The notes under the pieces were generated by a model. That model had not been told where the DNA came from. It saw only the letters and a list, made by a program, of their open reading frames with translations, and did no database searches. Source: Syntrophobacter sp. SbD2 (GTDB taxonomy: Bacteria; Desulfobacterota; Binatia; UBA9968). From it: 64,000 bases of DNA. The stretch lies in assembly GCA_945889495.1 (NCBI GenBank), contig CAMDBU010000001.1, forward strand, positions 17,877 through 81,876, in the 5' to 3' direction. The position numbers and the translations under genes were made by a program. How positions within the stretch are numbered: the first letter of the stretch is position 1; every line of letters starts with the position of its first letter. Positions 32,345-41,503 of the stretch are shown piece by piece.

Positions 32345-33442
32345 ATGGTCATGGACATCGCGCCGATCAATCAGAAAACCGGTTACGTGCGCTGGATGAA
32401 GAGTCTGGGGCTGCCGATCCACACCGGTCATGGCATGGCCGATCTGCGCGCGCTGGAAGTCGCGCCCGACCCACGCATGGGCGGCCGCTCAGCGTTCATT
32501 CACTTGCACGGTATGCAAGGCATCACCGGCGGTTACATCGGCGAGATTGCGCCGGGTGATGCGTTGAAACCCGAGCGCCATTTGTTTGAAGAAGTGATCT
32601 GCATTCTCAACGGCCAGGGCGCGACTGAATTATGGGACGATCACGGCCACAAGAAAATGTTCGAGTGGGGCAAGTGGAGCCTGTTCGCGCCGCCGATGAA
32701 CACCACGCACCGTTTGGTCAACGGTTCGCGTGAGCCGGTGCGCTTTCTCGCCGTCACCAACGCGCCGCTGGCTTTCGACATTTACCGCGATGAAAATTTT
32801 GTCTTCAACTGCCCGTACAGCTTCAAGGACCGCTACTACGGCGAAGAAGATTATTTCGAGGTTGGCAAGAAACGCTACGTCAGCGGCATGATCAATATCT
32901 GGGAGACCAACTTCATTCCCGACATCAACGCGGCGATGTTGGAGAGCCTCGAAGTCAAAGGCGCGGGCCTGCGGCTGGCGCAGTTCGAGATGGCCGGCAA
33001 CGCGCTGGTCGGCCACTTGGGCGAGTGGCCGGTGGGTAAGTATCACAAAGCGCATCACCACGGCCCGGGCGCGATCATCGTCGGCACCAAGTCGGTGGGC
33101 AACGTGCTTCTGTGGCACAAGCAGTTCGGCATGCACCCCTACACTGACGGCCACGAAGACCAGATCGTCGACATCCAGTGGGGCGAAGCGAGCATCTACT
33201 GCCCGCCCGGCGACTGGTTTCACCAGCACTTCAACACCGGCAAAGAACCCGCGCGCCACTTGGCTGTTCGCTACGGCAGCCGCATCCATCCCCTGGGATT
33301 CAAAGTCTCGCACCAAAAAACCGACGACGATGTCTTCCGCAGCGTCGACGAAGGCGGCTGGATGATTCCTTACGAGAATGAAGACCCGGAGATTCCCAAA
33401 CGGTATCAGGCGGCGCTGCGGGAGAATGGGGTAACATCTTAA
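32345..33442 (+). CDS. Bicupin protein, gentisate-1,2-dioxygenase-like. Paralogue of 4396-5541.
   Basis: KYHKAHHHGPGAIIVG His cluster. About 45% identity blocks with the first bicupin. Confidence 0.7.
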   Translation: MVMDIAPINQKTGYVRWMKSLGLPIHTGHGMADLRALEVAPDPRMGGRSAFIHLHGMQGITGGYIGEIAPGDALKPERHLFEEVICILNGQGATELWDDHGHKKMFEWGKWSLFAPPMNTTHRLVNGSREPVRFLAVTNAPLAFDIYRDENFVFNCPYSFKDRYYGEEDYFEVGKKRYVSGMINIWETNFIPDINAAMLESLEVKGAGLRLAQFEMAGNALVGHLGEWPVGKYHKAHHHGPGAIIVGTKSVGNVLLWHKQFGMHPYTDGHEDQIVDIQWGEASIYCPPGDWFHQHFNTGKEPARHLAVRYGSRIHPLGFKVSHQKTDDDVFRSVDEGGWMIPYENEDPEIPKRYQAALRENGVTS

Positions 33443-33473
33443 AACCGATTGCGGGTTCCAATCGCCGCGTTCT

Positions 33474-34496
33474 TTATTGCCCTAAGAAAATCTTGCGAAA
33501 TTCGCTTTGCAGTTTCTTAAATTCCTCTTCGCTTGGATTGTCCATGAAGATCGCGTTGGCGACGACTTTCTCGGCGTCTTTGACGTTCGGGTAGATCCCC
33601 GGCGCCAGTGGGAAGTCGCCGGTTTCGGCGATGATCTTTTGGATTTCCGGCGTGCAGAGGAAGTCGATATAAAGTTTCCCGGCGTTAGGGTTCGCTACCT
33701 TGGCACCCAGGGCCAGGTCGGTGGAGTCGGTAAAAATCTTGTCGAAGACCACATGGCTTAGCGGGCCTTTCACTTGGGTCGTATACTGCGCGTAAGTGAT
33801 GCCGAGGTGGGCTTCGCCTTTGACTAGGGCCTGCGGCAATGGCGCGAAGGACTCGACTAAGAATGGCTTTTGCCTGGCGAGCGCGCGCACGTAGTCGAGC
33901 CATTTATCGCCCTTGATTTTCTGCAAGCTCCAAAGAAATTGCGCGGTGCTGGTGTGGCGTGACGGATCGGGGATGGAAATTTTTCCATGCCACTTCGGGT
34001 CGAGCAGGTCGTCGTAGCCCTTGGGTAGATCCGCGGCCTTTACCAACTCAGTGTTGTAGAGCAGGCTGATCGGCGTATGGCGAAAGGCATTGAGGATTCC
34101 ATCCTTGTCCTTGAACTGCGAGGGAAATTTGGCGGCCGCCGGTGCGCTAAATTTGACCAGGGCGTTTTCGCGTTTTAACAGCGCGGCGGTGCCGTTGATC
34201 GCGAAGACGACATCGAAGGCGGGTTTGCCGGCGCGCCATTCGGCAATCGCCCGTTCGGCAATGGCTGTGGCGGACGCGCGCCAATATTCGACCTTCACCC
34301 CATAGCGTTTTTCGAAGGCCGTGTGGATCGGCGTCATGACGTTAGCCACGGTGCTGCCGTAGACGACGACTCGGCCTTCCTTCTTGGCGGCTTCGATATC
34401 GAGGGATTGGGCTAATAGCGCGCCTGGCGCTATGAGGAATGCGCCGACAAGAAGAAAAAGCGCGACGATGCGGCGACTCGCATGGCTCGGTTTCAT
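33474..34496 (-). CDS. ABC substrate-binding protein, ferric-type / SBP family-1-like. An orphan.
   Basis: Signal peptide. Paralogue of 41504-42499 (…KVEYWRASATAIAER… vs …KVDYWRAAGATVLER…). Confidence 0.65.
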   Translation of the reverse strand: MKPSHASRRIVALFLLVGAFLIAPGALLAQSLDIEAAKKEGRVVVYGSTVANVMTPIHTAFEKRYGVKVEYWRASATAIAERAIAEWRAGKPAFDVVFAINGTAALLKRENALVKFSAPAAAKFPSQFKDKDGILNAFRHTPISLLYNTELVKAADLPKGYDDLLDPKWHGKISIPDPSRHTSTAQFLWSLQKIKGDKWLDYVRALARQKPFLVESFAPLPQALVKGEAHLGITYAQYTTQVKGPLSHVVFDKIFTDSTDLALGAKVANPNAGKLYIDFLCTPEIQKIIAETGDFPLAPGIYPNVKDAEKVVANAIFMDNPSEEEFKKLQSEFRKIFLGQ

Positions 34497-34608
34497 GGAA
34501 GACTCCCTGTATCGTTAAGTTAGTCCGCTTGTCTGGACGATCACTGTGGCACTTCTACTCGTCGGCGGCAACGATCAAGCTTCAGTCACGAGGCGGCCGC
34601 TCTGCGGT

Positions 34609-35562
34609 TCACTTCACACTCGGTAAAAACGCCACGATCTCTTTCACGACCTGCGCCATAATCGGCAGCGCCGGATTGGTGTAGGTGGCCTGCTGCTCCG
34701 CCGGCAGCTTGGCCTGCTTGAGGACGTGGTTCATGCCGTCGATTAAACTAAGCTTCGCGGTTTTCTTAGCGGCGGCCAATCGTTTGGCGTCGGCTACTGA
34801 GACTTGCAGGTCGGTGGTTCCCTGAATGATCAGGACGGGAATTTCGAGGGCGGCGATTTCTCTGACCGGATCGTACTTGAACCAGGAAATCAGGTAGGGT
34901 TGTAGGCTCGGGCGGTAGAGCACCATCAGCTCGGTTGGTACATTGGTCACGGTTTGGCCGGCGCTAAGTTTATCGAGGAATTCGTTGTTCTTCGTTTGGA
35001 GATTCGCTGGCAGTTTGCCACGCAGTTGCTCACGGAGGAGCGCTTGCGCGGTGCGGCCGCTGCCGGCGATGGAGATATAGCCATCGGCTTTAGTCTGTTT
35101 CGCGGCGACCATGCCGATCAACGATCCTTCGCTGTGGCCGGCGATGCTGACTCGGGAAAAGCGCGGATCTTGGCGCAGCCAGTCTACCCATTGGCCGGCG
35201 TCGGCGATGTAGGTTTCAAAGCGCATTTCGGCTTCCGTGGCCATGGCGCTGGCGCTTTCGCCCACGCCGCGCTTGTCGTAGCGCAGCGCGGCGATGCCTT
35301 TAGCGGCTAGCCCTTGGCCGAGTTGCTTCAGGCTATCGTTTTTCAACTGCGTTTGATTGCCGTCGCGGTCGGTGGCGCCGGAGCCGGCGATGATGAGGAC
35401 TACGGGATAGGGAGCGGTGCTGCTCGGTAGATCGAGGGTGCCGTGGAGTGTGCCGGTCGATGTTTTGAGTTGAACGCGCTCGTCGACGGCCCAGGCTTTG
35501 GTGAATGAGAGTGCAAGGAGGGTGGCGATGATAAGACCGCGAAATCGACGGTAGGGCTTCAT
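34609..35562 (-). CDS. Secreted alpha/beta hydrolase, 317 aa.
   Basis: Signal peptide. Nucleophile elbow GHSEG. Confidence 0.7.
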   Translation of the reverse strand: MKPYRRFRGLIIATLLALSFTKAWAVDERVQLKTSTGTLHGTLDLPSSTAPYPVVLIIAGSGATDRDGNQTQLKNDSLKQLGQGLAAKGIAALRYDKRGVGESASAMATEAEMRFETYIADAGQWVDWLRQDPRFSRVSIAGHSEGSLIGMVAAKQTKADGYISIAGSGRTAQALLREQLRGKLPANLQTKNNEFLDKLSAGQTVTNVPTELMVLYRPSLQPYLISWFKYDPVREIAALEIPVLIIQGTTDLQVSVADAKRLAAAKKTAKLSLIDGMNHVLKQAKLPAEQQATYTNPALPIMAQVVKEIVAFLPSVK

Positions 35563-35613
35563 CGGGGTCGACCTCCCATGGTTGGGGATGTCAGGCGGGA
35601 ATTATCGGATTTG

Positions 35614-35672
35614 GGGATTAACCACGAAAAACACGAAAGGCACGAACTTCGTGTTTTTCGTGGTTAAAATCT
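35614..35672. repeat. Hairpin repeat, A family (perfect stem AACCACGAAAAACACGAA / TTCGTGTTTTTCGTGGTT).
   Basis: Seen in the sequence. It lies between the hydrolase start and the stop of the first Rieske gene. Confidence 0.65.
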
Positions 35673-35692
35673 TCTCCGTTTCCGTTCTAACT

Positions 35693-36964
35693 CTACGCTT
35701 CCCAGTACTTGTCTTTTTTCAACTGCTCAACGACATAGGTTTTTGGATCTCTACTCGCGGGTATCGTCGTGGCGATGCAGGCGACGTGGCGGACGTCGGT
35801 TTGTTCCTTGGTGCGGATGACATGCGGCGGTTCTTTGCCGGCGGCGACGGTGCGTGCGGCATTCAATAAAAACTTGCGCACGCCGATGACGGTCATGTCG
35901 CTGACACCCAAGTGCTCTTTCGAGCGGTCGTAGATCGGGCCCATGGTTTCAGTAGCGCAGGCGTCGTGGTTCAAAAAGATCGGCCCCATGCCGGTGAAGT
36001 TTTCGCGCCGCTGCTTTTCCCGGTCGATCAGATAGTCGTTGCGCAGGTTGCGGATTTTGACGAAGTCGGGGCCGATCTCTTCGTCATGCTGTCTTTCGTC
36101 TGGCTCGATAGTGCGGTTGCGCCGAAAGTGAATGTTGAAGCGCAAGCTATGCTCATCGTCCATCGGCACATGGGAGTGGATCGTGTAGCCTTCCGGGTTG
36201 CCCTTGACGCCGCCGGTGGGGATGAAGCCGTGGCAGGGCATGACGATGTTGGACACGCGCAGGTAGACTTTGTCGGCGGCGACCTTGCGGCAGGAGAGCA
36301 TGCGGATGCCGTAATCGGTTTCAATCCCTTCCAGCGTCGGCGCGGTGTCGGCGGCGTAGAGCTCGCCGTCGCCGCCGCCGCGCGGCCGGTCGCCGGTGAA
36401 GCTGCGATGCAGGAACGACAGATGCGACGAGTCGCACTCGCCTTCAAGGCCTTGGAGCCAACTACAGTCTTGATAGGATTTTGACACGTAGATTTTTTCC
36501 GCCGGCATGGTCATCCACTCGTAGTTGGGCAGGAGCGGCTGTTTTTCTTTCGGTCCCATGTAGGTCCAGATCATGCCGCCGGCTTCTTTGCACGGGTAGG
36601 CGACTTGACGCACTTTGTCTTTTAGCGTGCTGCCGGCGGGCTCCGCCGGGGTTTCGAGGACTTTGCCGTCGATGTCGTATTTCCAACCATGGTAAATGCA
36701 GCGCAGGCCGCACTCTTCATTCCTGCCGAAAAATAGCGACGTGCCACGGTGCGCGCAATGCTCTTCGAGTAAGCCGACTCGGCCTTGAGTGTCGCGGTAG
36801 GCGACCAAGTCCTCGCCAAGCAAACGCACCCGCACCGGCGGGCAATCGGGTTCGGGGATTTCGCTGGCGAGCAGCGCCGGTATCCAGTAACTGCGCATCA
36901 ATTTGCCCATGGGATGGTCTGGGCCGACTAAGGTGAGCAGGTCGTTGTCTTCGCGTGGTAGCAT
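35693..36964 (-). CDS. Rieske non-heme iron oxygenase alpha subunit, phthalate-dioxygenase-like (class IA), 423 aa.
   Basis: Rieske motif CAHRGTSL…CIYHGW. N-terminal …LLTLVGPDHPMGKLMRSYWIPA… is typical of phthalate-family oxygenases. Confidence 0.85.
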   Translation of the reverse strand: MLPREDNDLLTLVGPDHPMGKLMRSYWIPALLASEIPEPDCPPVRVRLLGEDLVAYRDTQGRVGLLEEHCAHRGTSLFFGRNEECGLRCIYHGWKYDIDGKVLETPAEPAGSTLKDKVRQVAYPCKEAGGMIWTYMGPKEKQPLLPNYEWMTMPAEKIYVSKSYQDCSWLQGLEGECDSSHLSFLHRSFTGDRPRGGGDGELYAADTAPTLEGIETDYGIRMLSCRKVAADKVYLRVSNIVMPCHGFIPTGGVKGNPEGYTIHSHVPMDDEHSLRFNIHFRRNRTIEPDERQHDEEIGPDFVKIRNLRNDYLIDREKQRRENFTGMGPIFLNHDACATETMGPIYDRSKEHLGVSDMTVIGVRKFLLNAARTVAAGKEPPHVIRTKEQTDVRHVACIATTIPASRDPKTYVVEQLKKDKYWEA

Positions 36965-37030
36965 GGGCGAGGTCCTCTCTAAATAGAATTCACGTTTGCA
37001 CTAAGACGAGTCTGGGGAGTTTTCGGAATT

Positions 37031-37112
37031 GGGGATTAACCACGAAAAACACGAAAGGCACGAAAATTGGAGAAATAATTTCGGAATTTATTTTCGTGTT
37101 GTTCGTGGTTAG
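37031..37112. repeat. Hairpin repeat, A family.
   Basis: GGGGATTAACCACGAAAAACACGAAAGGCACGAA…TTTTCGTGTTGTTCGTGGTT. Confidence 0.65.
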
Positions 37113-37146
37113 AATCGTTTCCGATTCCCATCTGACTGTAAGCGCC

Positions 37147-38301
37147 TCAGCTCAGTTTAAATTCTCCTGGCGCGATTTCAACGATGCGGTTTTTCGCCGG
37201 GTCGCGGATCGTGCCGATGGGGTCTTTGCCGGCGGCGATGGCGTCCATGGAGTCTTTGTAGAGCTTGCGCAGCATGATCACGCCCTTGTCCGAGACGCCC
37301 AAGTGTTCGATGGTACGGTCGCAGATTTCGCCTTGGCTTTCCTGGGCGGCGCGGTCTTGATCGCCGCGCGCGAGATAGCCGGTCGCTTCGTCGTAACGGT
37401 ATTGGCCCGGCGTGGTTTCGACTACGCCTTTTGCGCCGGAGTCCGGCGGGATCGTGCCGGTGGGCTTGCCGTCGACCACGGGCGCGAAGTAGACGGTGAA
37501 GTGCATGGTGTGGGTGTCGTCGGCGGGGACGCGCCAGCGCAGCGCTTCGTAGCCTGGATGATTGGCCGCCATGCCGCAGGGATGGCTCTCCGGTACGTGA
37601 TAACCGGTCTTGTTCATGGTTGGCATGATGAAGTAGCTCAGCGTCTGGTAGCGCTCGCCGCCGCCGCTGCGCGCGAAAGTATCGCGGATGCCGTAGTCGA
37701 AGTATTCGGAAGTCAGCACCGGATCGGTCCATTTTTTCGTGTTGGGCGTGCGGTGCAGCCACTTGAAGTGATGTTGATCGACGGTGTTCTCGACCATTTG
37801 CAGATAATTGCAGCTGGCGATGCGCCCTTGCAGCGAACGCACACCGTCTTCCCTGACCAAGACATCGTAGCGCGGCAAGAGCGGCGCCGGCTCGGGGCCT
37901 AGATACGCGAAAATCACGCCGGCCAACTCTTCGACTTTGTAGGACGGCTGGCGCACTTTGTCTTTGAAGTTGGCTTCCGCCGGTTCGGTGGGCTGCTCCA
38001 AACAGCGGCCGCTGACGTCGAACAGCCAGCCGTGATAACAGCAGCGCAAGCCGCCGTCTTCGATGTAGCCCAAATGGAGCGAGGTGCCGCGATGCGGGCA
38101 GCGCGCGCCGATCAGACCGAGCTGGCCCTTTTCATCGCGGAACAAAACCAAATCCTCGCCGAGCAGCTTGCGCCGCACCGGTTTGCCCTTGAGCTCGGCG
38201 GTGAAGCCGACCGGATGCCAGTAGCGCCGCATCATGATGCCGCAGGGTGTGCCGGGCCCGACCCGGGTCAAGTCGTCGTTTTCTTGGGCGGTGAGTGCCA
38301 T
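37147..38301 (-). CDS. Rieske non-heme iron oxygenase alpha subunit (second paralogue), 384 aa.
   Basis: CPHRGTSL…CCYHGW. No beta-subunit or reductase gene lies nearby. Confidence 0.85.
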   Translation of the reverse strand: MALTAQENDDLTRVGPGTPCGIMMRRYWHPVGFTAELKGKPVRRKLLGEDLVLFRDEKGQLGLIGARCPHRGTSLHLGYIEDGGLRCCYHGWLFDVSGRCLEQPTEPAEANFKDKVRQPSYKVEELAGVIFAYLGPEPAPLLPRYDVLVREDGVRSLQGRIASCNYLQMVENTVDQHHFKWLHRTPNTKKWTDPVLTSEYFDYGIRDTFARSGGGERYQTLSYFIMPTMNKTGYHVPESHPCGMAANHPGYEALRWRVPADDTHTMHFTVYFAPVVDGKPTGTIPPDSGAKGVVETTPGQYRYDEATGYLARGDQDRAAQESQGEICDRTIEHLGVSDKGVIMLRKLYKDSMDAIAAGKDPIGTIRDPAKNRIVEIAPGEFKLS

Positions 38302-38340
38302 GGGAAGTTCTCCTGTCGATTACGGAAGATTGGAGTTGAT

Positions 38341-38460
38341 CGTGAAAGAGTGTTTCACCACGAAGGCACGAAGACCACGAAGGTGTCGGAGGGAGGGCGC
38401 AGCATGCTGCGCCCTTACAAATCGTGATTCCCTTTTTGTGTCCTTTGCGTTCTTTGCGGC
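38341..38460. repeat. Composite repeat block: an A-family variant (CACCACGAAGGCACGAAGACCACGAAGG), a perfect 20-bp palindrome GGGCGCAGCATGCTGCGCCC (38395-38414), and CTTTGCG heptads.
   Basis: Seen in the sequence. The palindrome recurs at 42518-42537. Confidence 0.6.
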
Positions 38461-38481
38461 CAATCTCGTCTTCTCTGCAAC

Positions 38482-39546
38482 TTACCTTGAAAACAACTTC
38501 AATTTCTCAGCCGGCAGTCGGATGTAAACTTGCTGCGCCGGGGCGGTACTTTGGGTGGTTTTGAAGCGCAGGGCTTTGCCGTTTATTTTCACGTCACAGA
38601 CCGTGAGCTCGCCCAAGAATGTCGACGATAACACTTCGGCGGCGAATTCGTTTTCCAAGCCCGTGGCGGTGACCGACAGCAGCATCTCTTCGGGACGGAT
38701 GGCGACGCTGACGTTTTTCAATTTGCCGTCGCCGACGGCGCAGTTGAGCTGGCCCAAGTCGGTGTTGACCTGGCCGCCGTTATTGACCACGCCGTCGATT
38801 AAATTAGTCGCGCCCAAAAACTCGCAGACCTCGCGGCTCGACGGCCGGTCGTAGAGTTCACGCGGCGGCGCGCATTGTAAAACTTTACCCTTGCTCATGA
38901 CCGCGACGCGGTCGGCCAGCGCCATGGCTTCCACTTGATCGTGGGTGACGTAGAGCACGGCGATGCCGAACTTCTTGGACAGATTTTTGATTTCGTCGCG
39001 CACCTCTTCGCGCAGCCGGGCGTCCAAATTGCTCAAGGGTTCGTCCATCAATAGCACTTTGGGTTCCACCGCCAGGGCGCGGGCGAGGGCCACGCGCTGC
39101 TGCTGGCCGCCGCTCAAGAACGGCGCGGGCCGATCGGCCAGGGCGCCCAACTGGACCATTTCCAGAGCGTTCATGACGCGCTTTTTGACGTCGGCGCGGG
39201 ACAGCTTGTGCGGGCCGTTATTGAGTGGGAAGGCGACGTTGTCGTACACCGTCATATGCGGCCAGACGGCGTAGGATTGAAACACCATGCCGATGCCGCG
39301 GCCTTCGGGGGCGACGAAGAAATTGCGCTCGGCGGAGCTTACTAAGGTGTTGCTGATGGCGATCTCGCCGCCATCGGGCCGCTCCAGGCCGGCGACGCAG
39401 CGCAGGAGCGTGGTCTTGCCCGAACCGCTGAGGCCGAGCAGGACGAAAAACTCCTGCTCGCCGACATCGATGCTGACGCCGTCGACGGCATGCACGGCAT
39501 CGCCGCCGGACTTGTAAATCTTGAGTAAATTTCTTACCGAGATCAT
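38482..39546 (-). CDS. ABC transporter ATP-binding protein, PotA/FbpC-like with a C-terminal TOBE/MOP domain, 354 aa. No cognate permease is adjacent.
   Basis: Walker A GLSGSGKTT. LSGGQQQRVALARAL. Walker B LLMDEPLSNLD. Confidence 0.8.
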   Translation of the reverse strand: MISVRNLLKIYKSGGDAVHAVDGVSIDVGEQEFFVLLGLSGSGKTTLLRCVAGLERPDGGEIAISNTLVSSAERNFFVAPEGRGIGMVFQSYAVWPHMTVYDNVAFPLNNGPHKLSRADVKKRVMNALEMVQLGALADRPAPFLSGGQQQRVALARALAVEPKVLLMDEPLSNLDARLREEVRDEIKNLSKKFGIAVLYVTHDQVEAMALADRVAVMSKGKVLQCAPPRELYDRPSSREVCEFLGATNLIDGVVNNGGQVNTDLGQLNCAVGDGKLKNVSVAIRPEEMLLSVTATGLENEFAAEVLSSTFLGELTVCDVKINGKALRFKTTQSTAPAQQVYIRLPAEKLKLFSR

Positions 39547-39689
39547 GGGTGAATACTTAGCTCCGCTGGTTGTCGCGCCCGCGCTGCCGGCGAAATGCAC
39601 CCGAATTTTTATCATTCCGCCGGGGATTTGCAACTCGAAGCGCGGCTGGCGCAGCGGTGCGCGTATGTGAAGAGAATTGGGTTCGAATT

Positions 39690-39810
39690 TTTCTCTCGCA
39701 AAGGCGCAAAGACGCCAAGTTCGGAGAAGAAAAGTTTGATATCGTTGCCAAGGACTTTGCTTCGCATTCTCCGACCTTTGCGACCTTAGCGCCTTTGCGA
39801 GAGATAATCC
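39690..39810. repeat. CTTTGCG heptad-repeat element (C family).
   Basis: …GACCTTTGCGACCTTAGCGCCTTTGCGAG…. Related arrays occur at 38425-38460, 48488-48530, 54010-54075 and 54137-54150. Confidence 0.5.
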
Positions 39811-39835
39811 GAAACCCGGTTGCGTCGTTGCCGCG

Positions 39836-40609
39836 CTAATCGCCGGCATAATTCAGCCGCCAATAGTAATTGGCCCAGCCGAGGTATTCGTGAATCGTCT
39901 GGAACAGTTTCGGCGCGACGCTTTCGTTGGGGAAGAAATCGAAGGGCGACCATTCGAATTTTCCGGAGGTAAAATCGCCGGGAGCGGCGATGGGCTCGCC
40001 GGCCCGCGCGCTGAACACCAGCATGCTGCGCGGCATATGCATGGCCGAGGTGACTAGCAGATAGCGCTTCCAGCCATGTTTCTTGAGGATCTTGCCGCTC
40101 TCCAGCGCGTTCTCGAAAGTGTCGCGGGATTTTTCTTCGCCGATGACATCTTGCTTGGGCACGCCCCATTTGATCAAAAAGTCGCGGGCGATTTTGTTTT
40201 CGTCCATGGCCGGGGTGAACGGGTTGACATGGCCGCCGGAAATAATGATCGGCTTGGGCTGGATACGATAGAGCCGCCAGGCCTCGTCGAGGCGGCGAAA
40301 CATATGCTCGTCGATGGACGGGAATGGAATTAACCCGGAGGCTGGCACGCTGCCGCTGGTGAGGACGACGATGGCGTCGTAGGCGCCAGCCTTGCGCGGG
40401 TCGATGAGCGGCGGGTAGCGCGACTCGAGTTGGTAGCGCAAGGCATAGTTCACCGGCCCGCAGTGAAGTCCCAAAATAAGTAGAAAGGTGACGCACAGTA
40501 GCTTGCGCGCCCAGCGCCGCTGCCAAAAGACCAACACCGCCAGCAACATCAACAGCCACGGCAGCGGCGGCAGCAGCAGCACTTTCAAAAACTGCTTGAG
40601 GGTGAACAT
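39836..40609 (-). CDS. DUF218/YdcF-family protein (ElyC/SanA-like), 257 aa.
   Basis: N-terminal TM anchor. …IIISGGHVNPF… and …EEKSRDTFENA… are typical of DUF218. Confidence 0.6.
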   Translation of the reverse strand: MFTLKQFLKVLLLPPLPWLLMLLAVLVFWQRRWARKLLCVTFLLILGLHCGPVNYALRYQLESRYPPLIDPRKAGAYDAIVVLTSGSVPASGLIPFPSIDEHMFRRLDEAWRLYRIQPKPIIISGGHVNPFTPAMDENKIARDFLIKWGVPKQDVIGEEKSRDTFENALESGKILKKHGWKRYLLVTSAMHMPRSMLVFSARAGEPIAAPGDFTSGKFEWSPFDFFPNESVAPKLFQTIHEYLGWANYYWRLNYAGD

Positions 40610-40619
40610 GGGAGCAGTT

Positions 40620-40710
40620 GGCAGTTGCTAGTTGTCAGTGGTCAGTTTGCAGATTCGGATCTTAACCGCCTTTAACTGAGAACTGGCAACTGACCACTGA
40701 CAACTATTCT
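40620..40710. repeat. Heptad tandem repeats (G/T)CAGTTG x5 that form a long inverted repeat with AACTGGCAACTGACCACTGACAACTA.
   Basis: Seen in the sequence, immediately 3' of maiA. Confidence 0.55.
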
Positions 40711-41355
40711 TCATTCCGCGTCCGCCTGTTTCTCCGGCGCGGCGTCGGCGAAGGCTGGGAGGGCGTTGCAGTTTTTTTCAATCTCTAAAATCGTCGGGTA
40801 CTTGGCCAGGTCGCAGCCGTAGCGCCGGGCGTTGCCGAGTTGCGGGATTAAACAGATATCCGCGAGGGTCGGTGTGTCGCCGAAGCAAAATTTGCCGCGC
40901 TTGGACTGGGCGACGATCATTTCTTGCAGCGCCGCCAGGCCGAGGTCGATCCAATGTTGGGCCCATTTGTTGACCTGCTCGTCGGTCTGGTTGTAGCTCG
41001 CCTTGACGTAATTCAACACGCGCAGGTTTTGAATCGGGTGGACTTCGCAGGCGATCACCAGCGCCATGCTGCGCACCAGCGCTTTGTCGGCGGGGTCTTT
41101 CGGTAACAGCGGCGGATGGGCATGGGTCTCGTCGAGATACTCGATGATCGCCAAGGATTGCGTGAGGATTCTGCCGTTGTCCTCCAGCGCCGGCACCAGC
41201 GCTTGGGGATTCAGCTTTGTGTACGCCGGCATCAACTGCTCGCCGCCGCCGCGGCGCAGATGGATCGGCGCTTGCTCGCAGCTCAAGCCTTTTAGATTGA
41301 GCGCGATGCGCACGCGGTAGGAAGCGGAGCTGCGGAAGAAGGTGTAAAGTTTCAT
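40711..41355 (-). CDS. maiA: Maleylacetoacetate / maleylpyruvate isomerase (glutathione S-transferase zeta class), 214 aa.
   Basis: MKLYTFFRSSASYRVRIALNLKG is the GST-zeta signature. Confidence 0.75.
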   Translation of the reverse strand: MKLYTFFRSSASYRVRIALNLKGLSCEQAPIHLRRGGGEQLMPAYTKLNPQALVPALEDNGRILTQSLAIIEYLDETHAHPPLLPKDPADKALVRSMALVIACEVHPIQNLRVLNYVKASYNQTDEQVNKWAQHWIDLGLAALQEMIVAQSKRGKFCFGDTPTLADICLIPQLGNARRYGCDLAKYPTILEIEKNCNALPAFADAAPEKQADAE

Positions 41356-41374
41356 GGGCGCCCTCGGAGTGGAG

Positions 41375-41485
41375 TGATGGAGTGTTGAAGATCTGGAGTG
41401 TTGGAGTGATGGAGTATTGGAATGTTGGGTCTGGATTCCGACCAACCCATTACTCCATCACTCCCGTACTCCAACACTCCAATCT
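41375..41485. repeat. TGGAGTG heptad tandem repeats that form a ~35-bp inverted repeat.
   Basis: GGAGTGATGGAGTGTTGAAG…GGAGTGTTGGAGTGATGGAGTATTGG // CCCATTACTCCATCACTCCCGTACTCCAACACTCC. Confidence 0.55.
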
Positions 41486-41503
41486 AAAGTCCATCGCTCC
41501 GGG

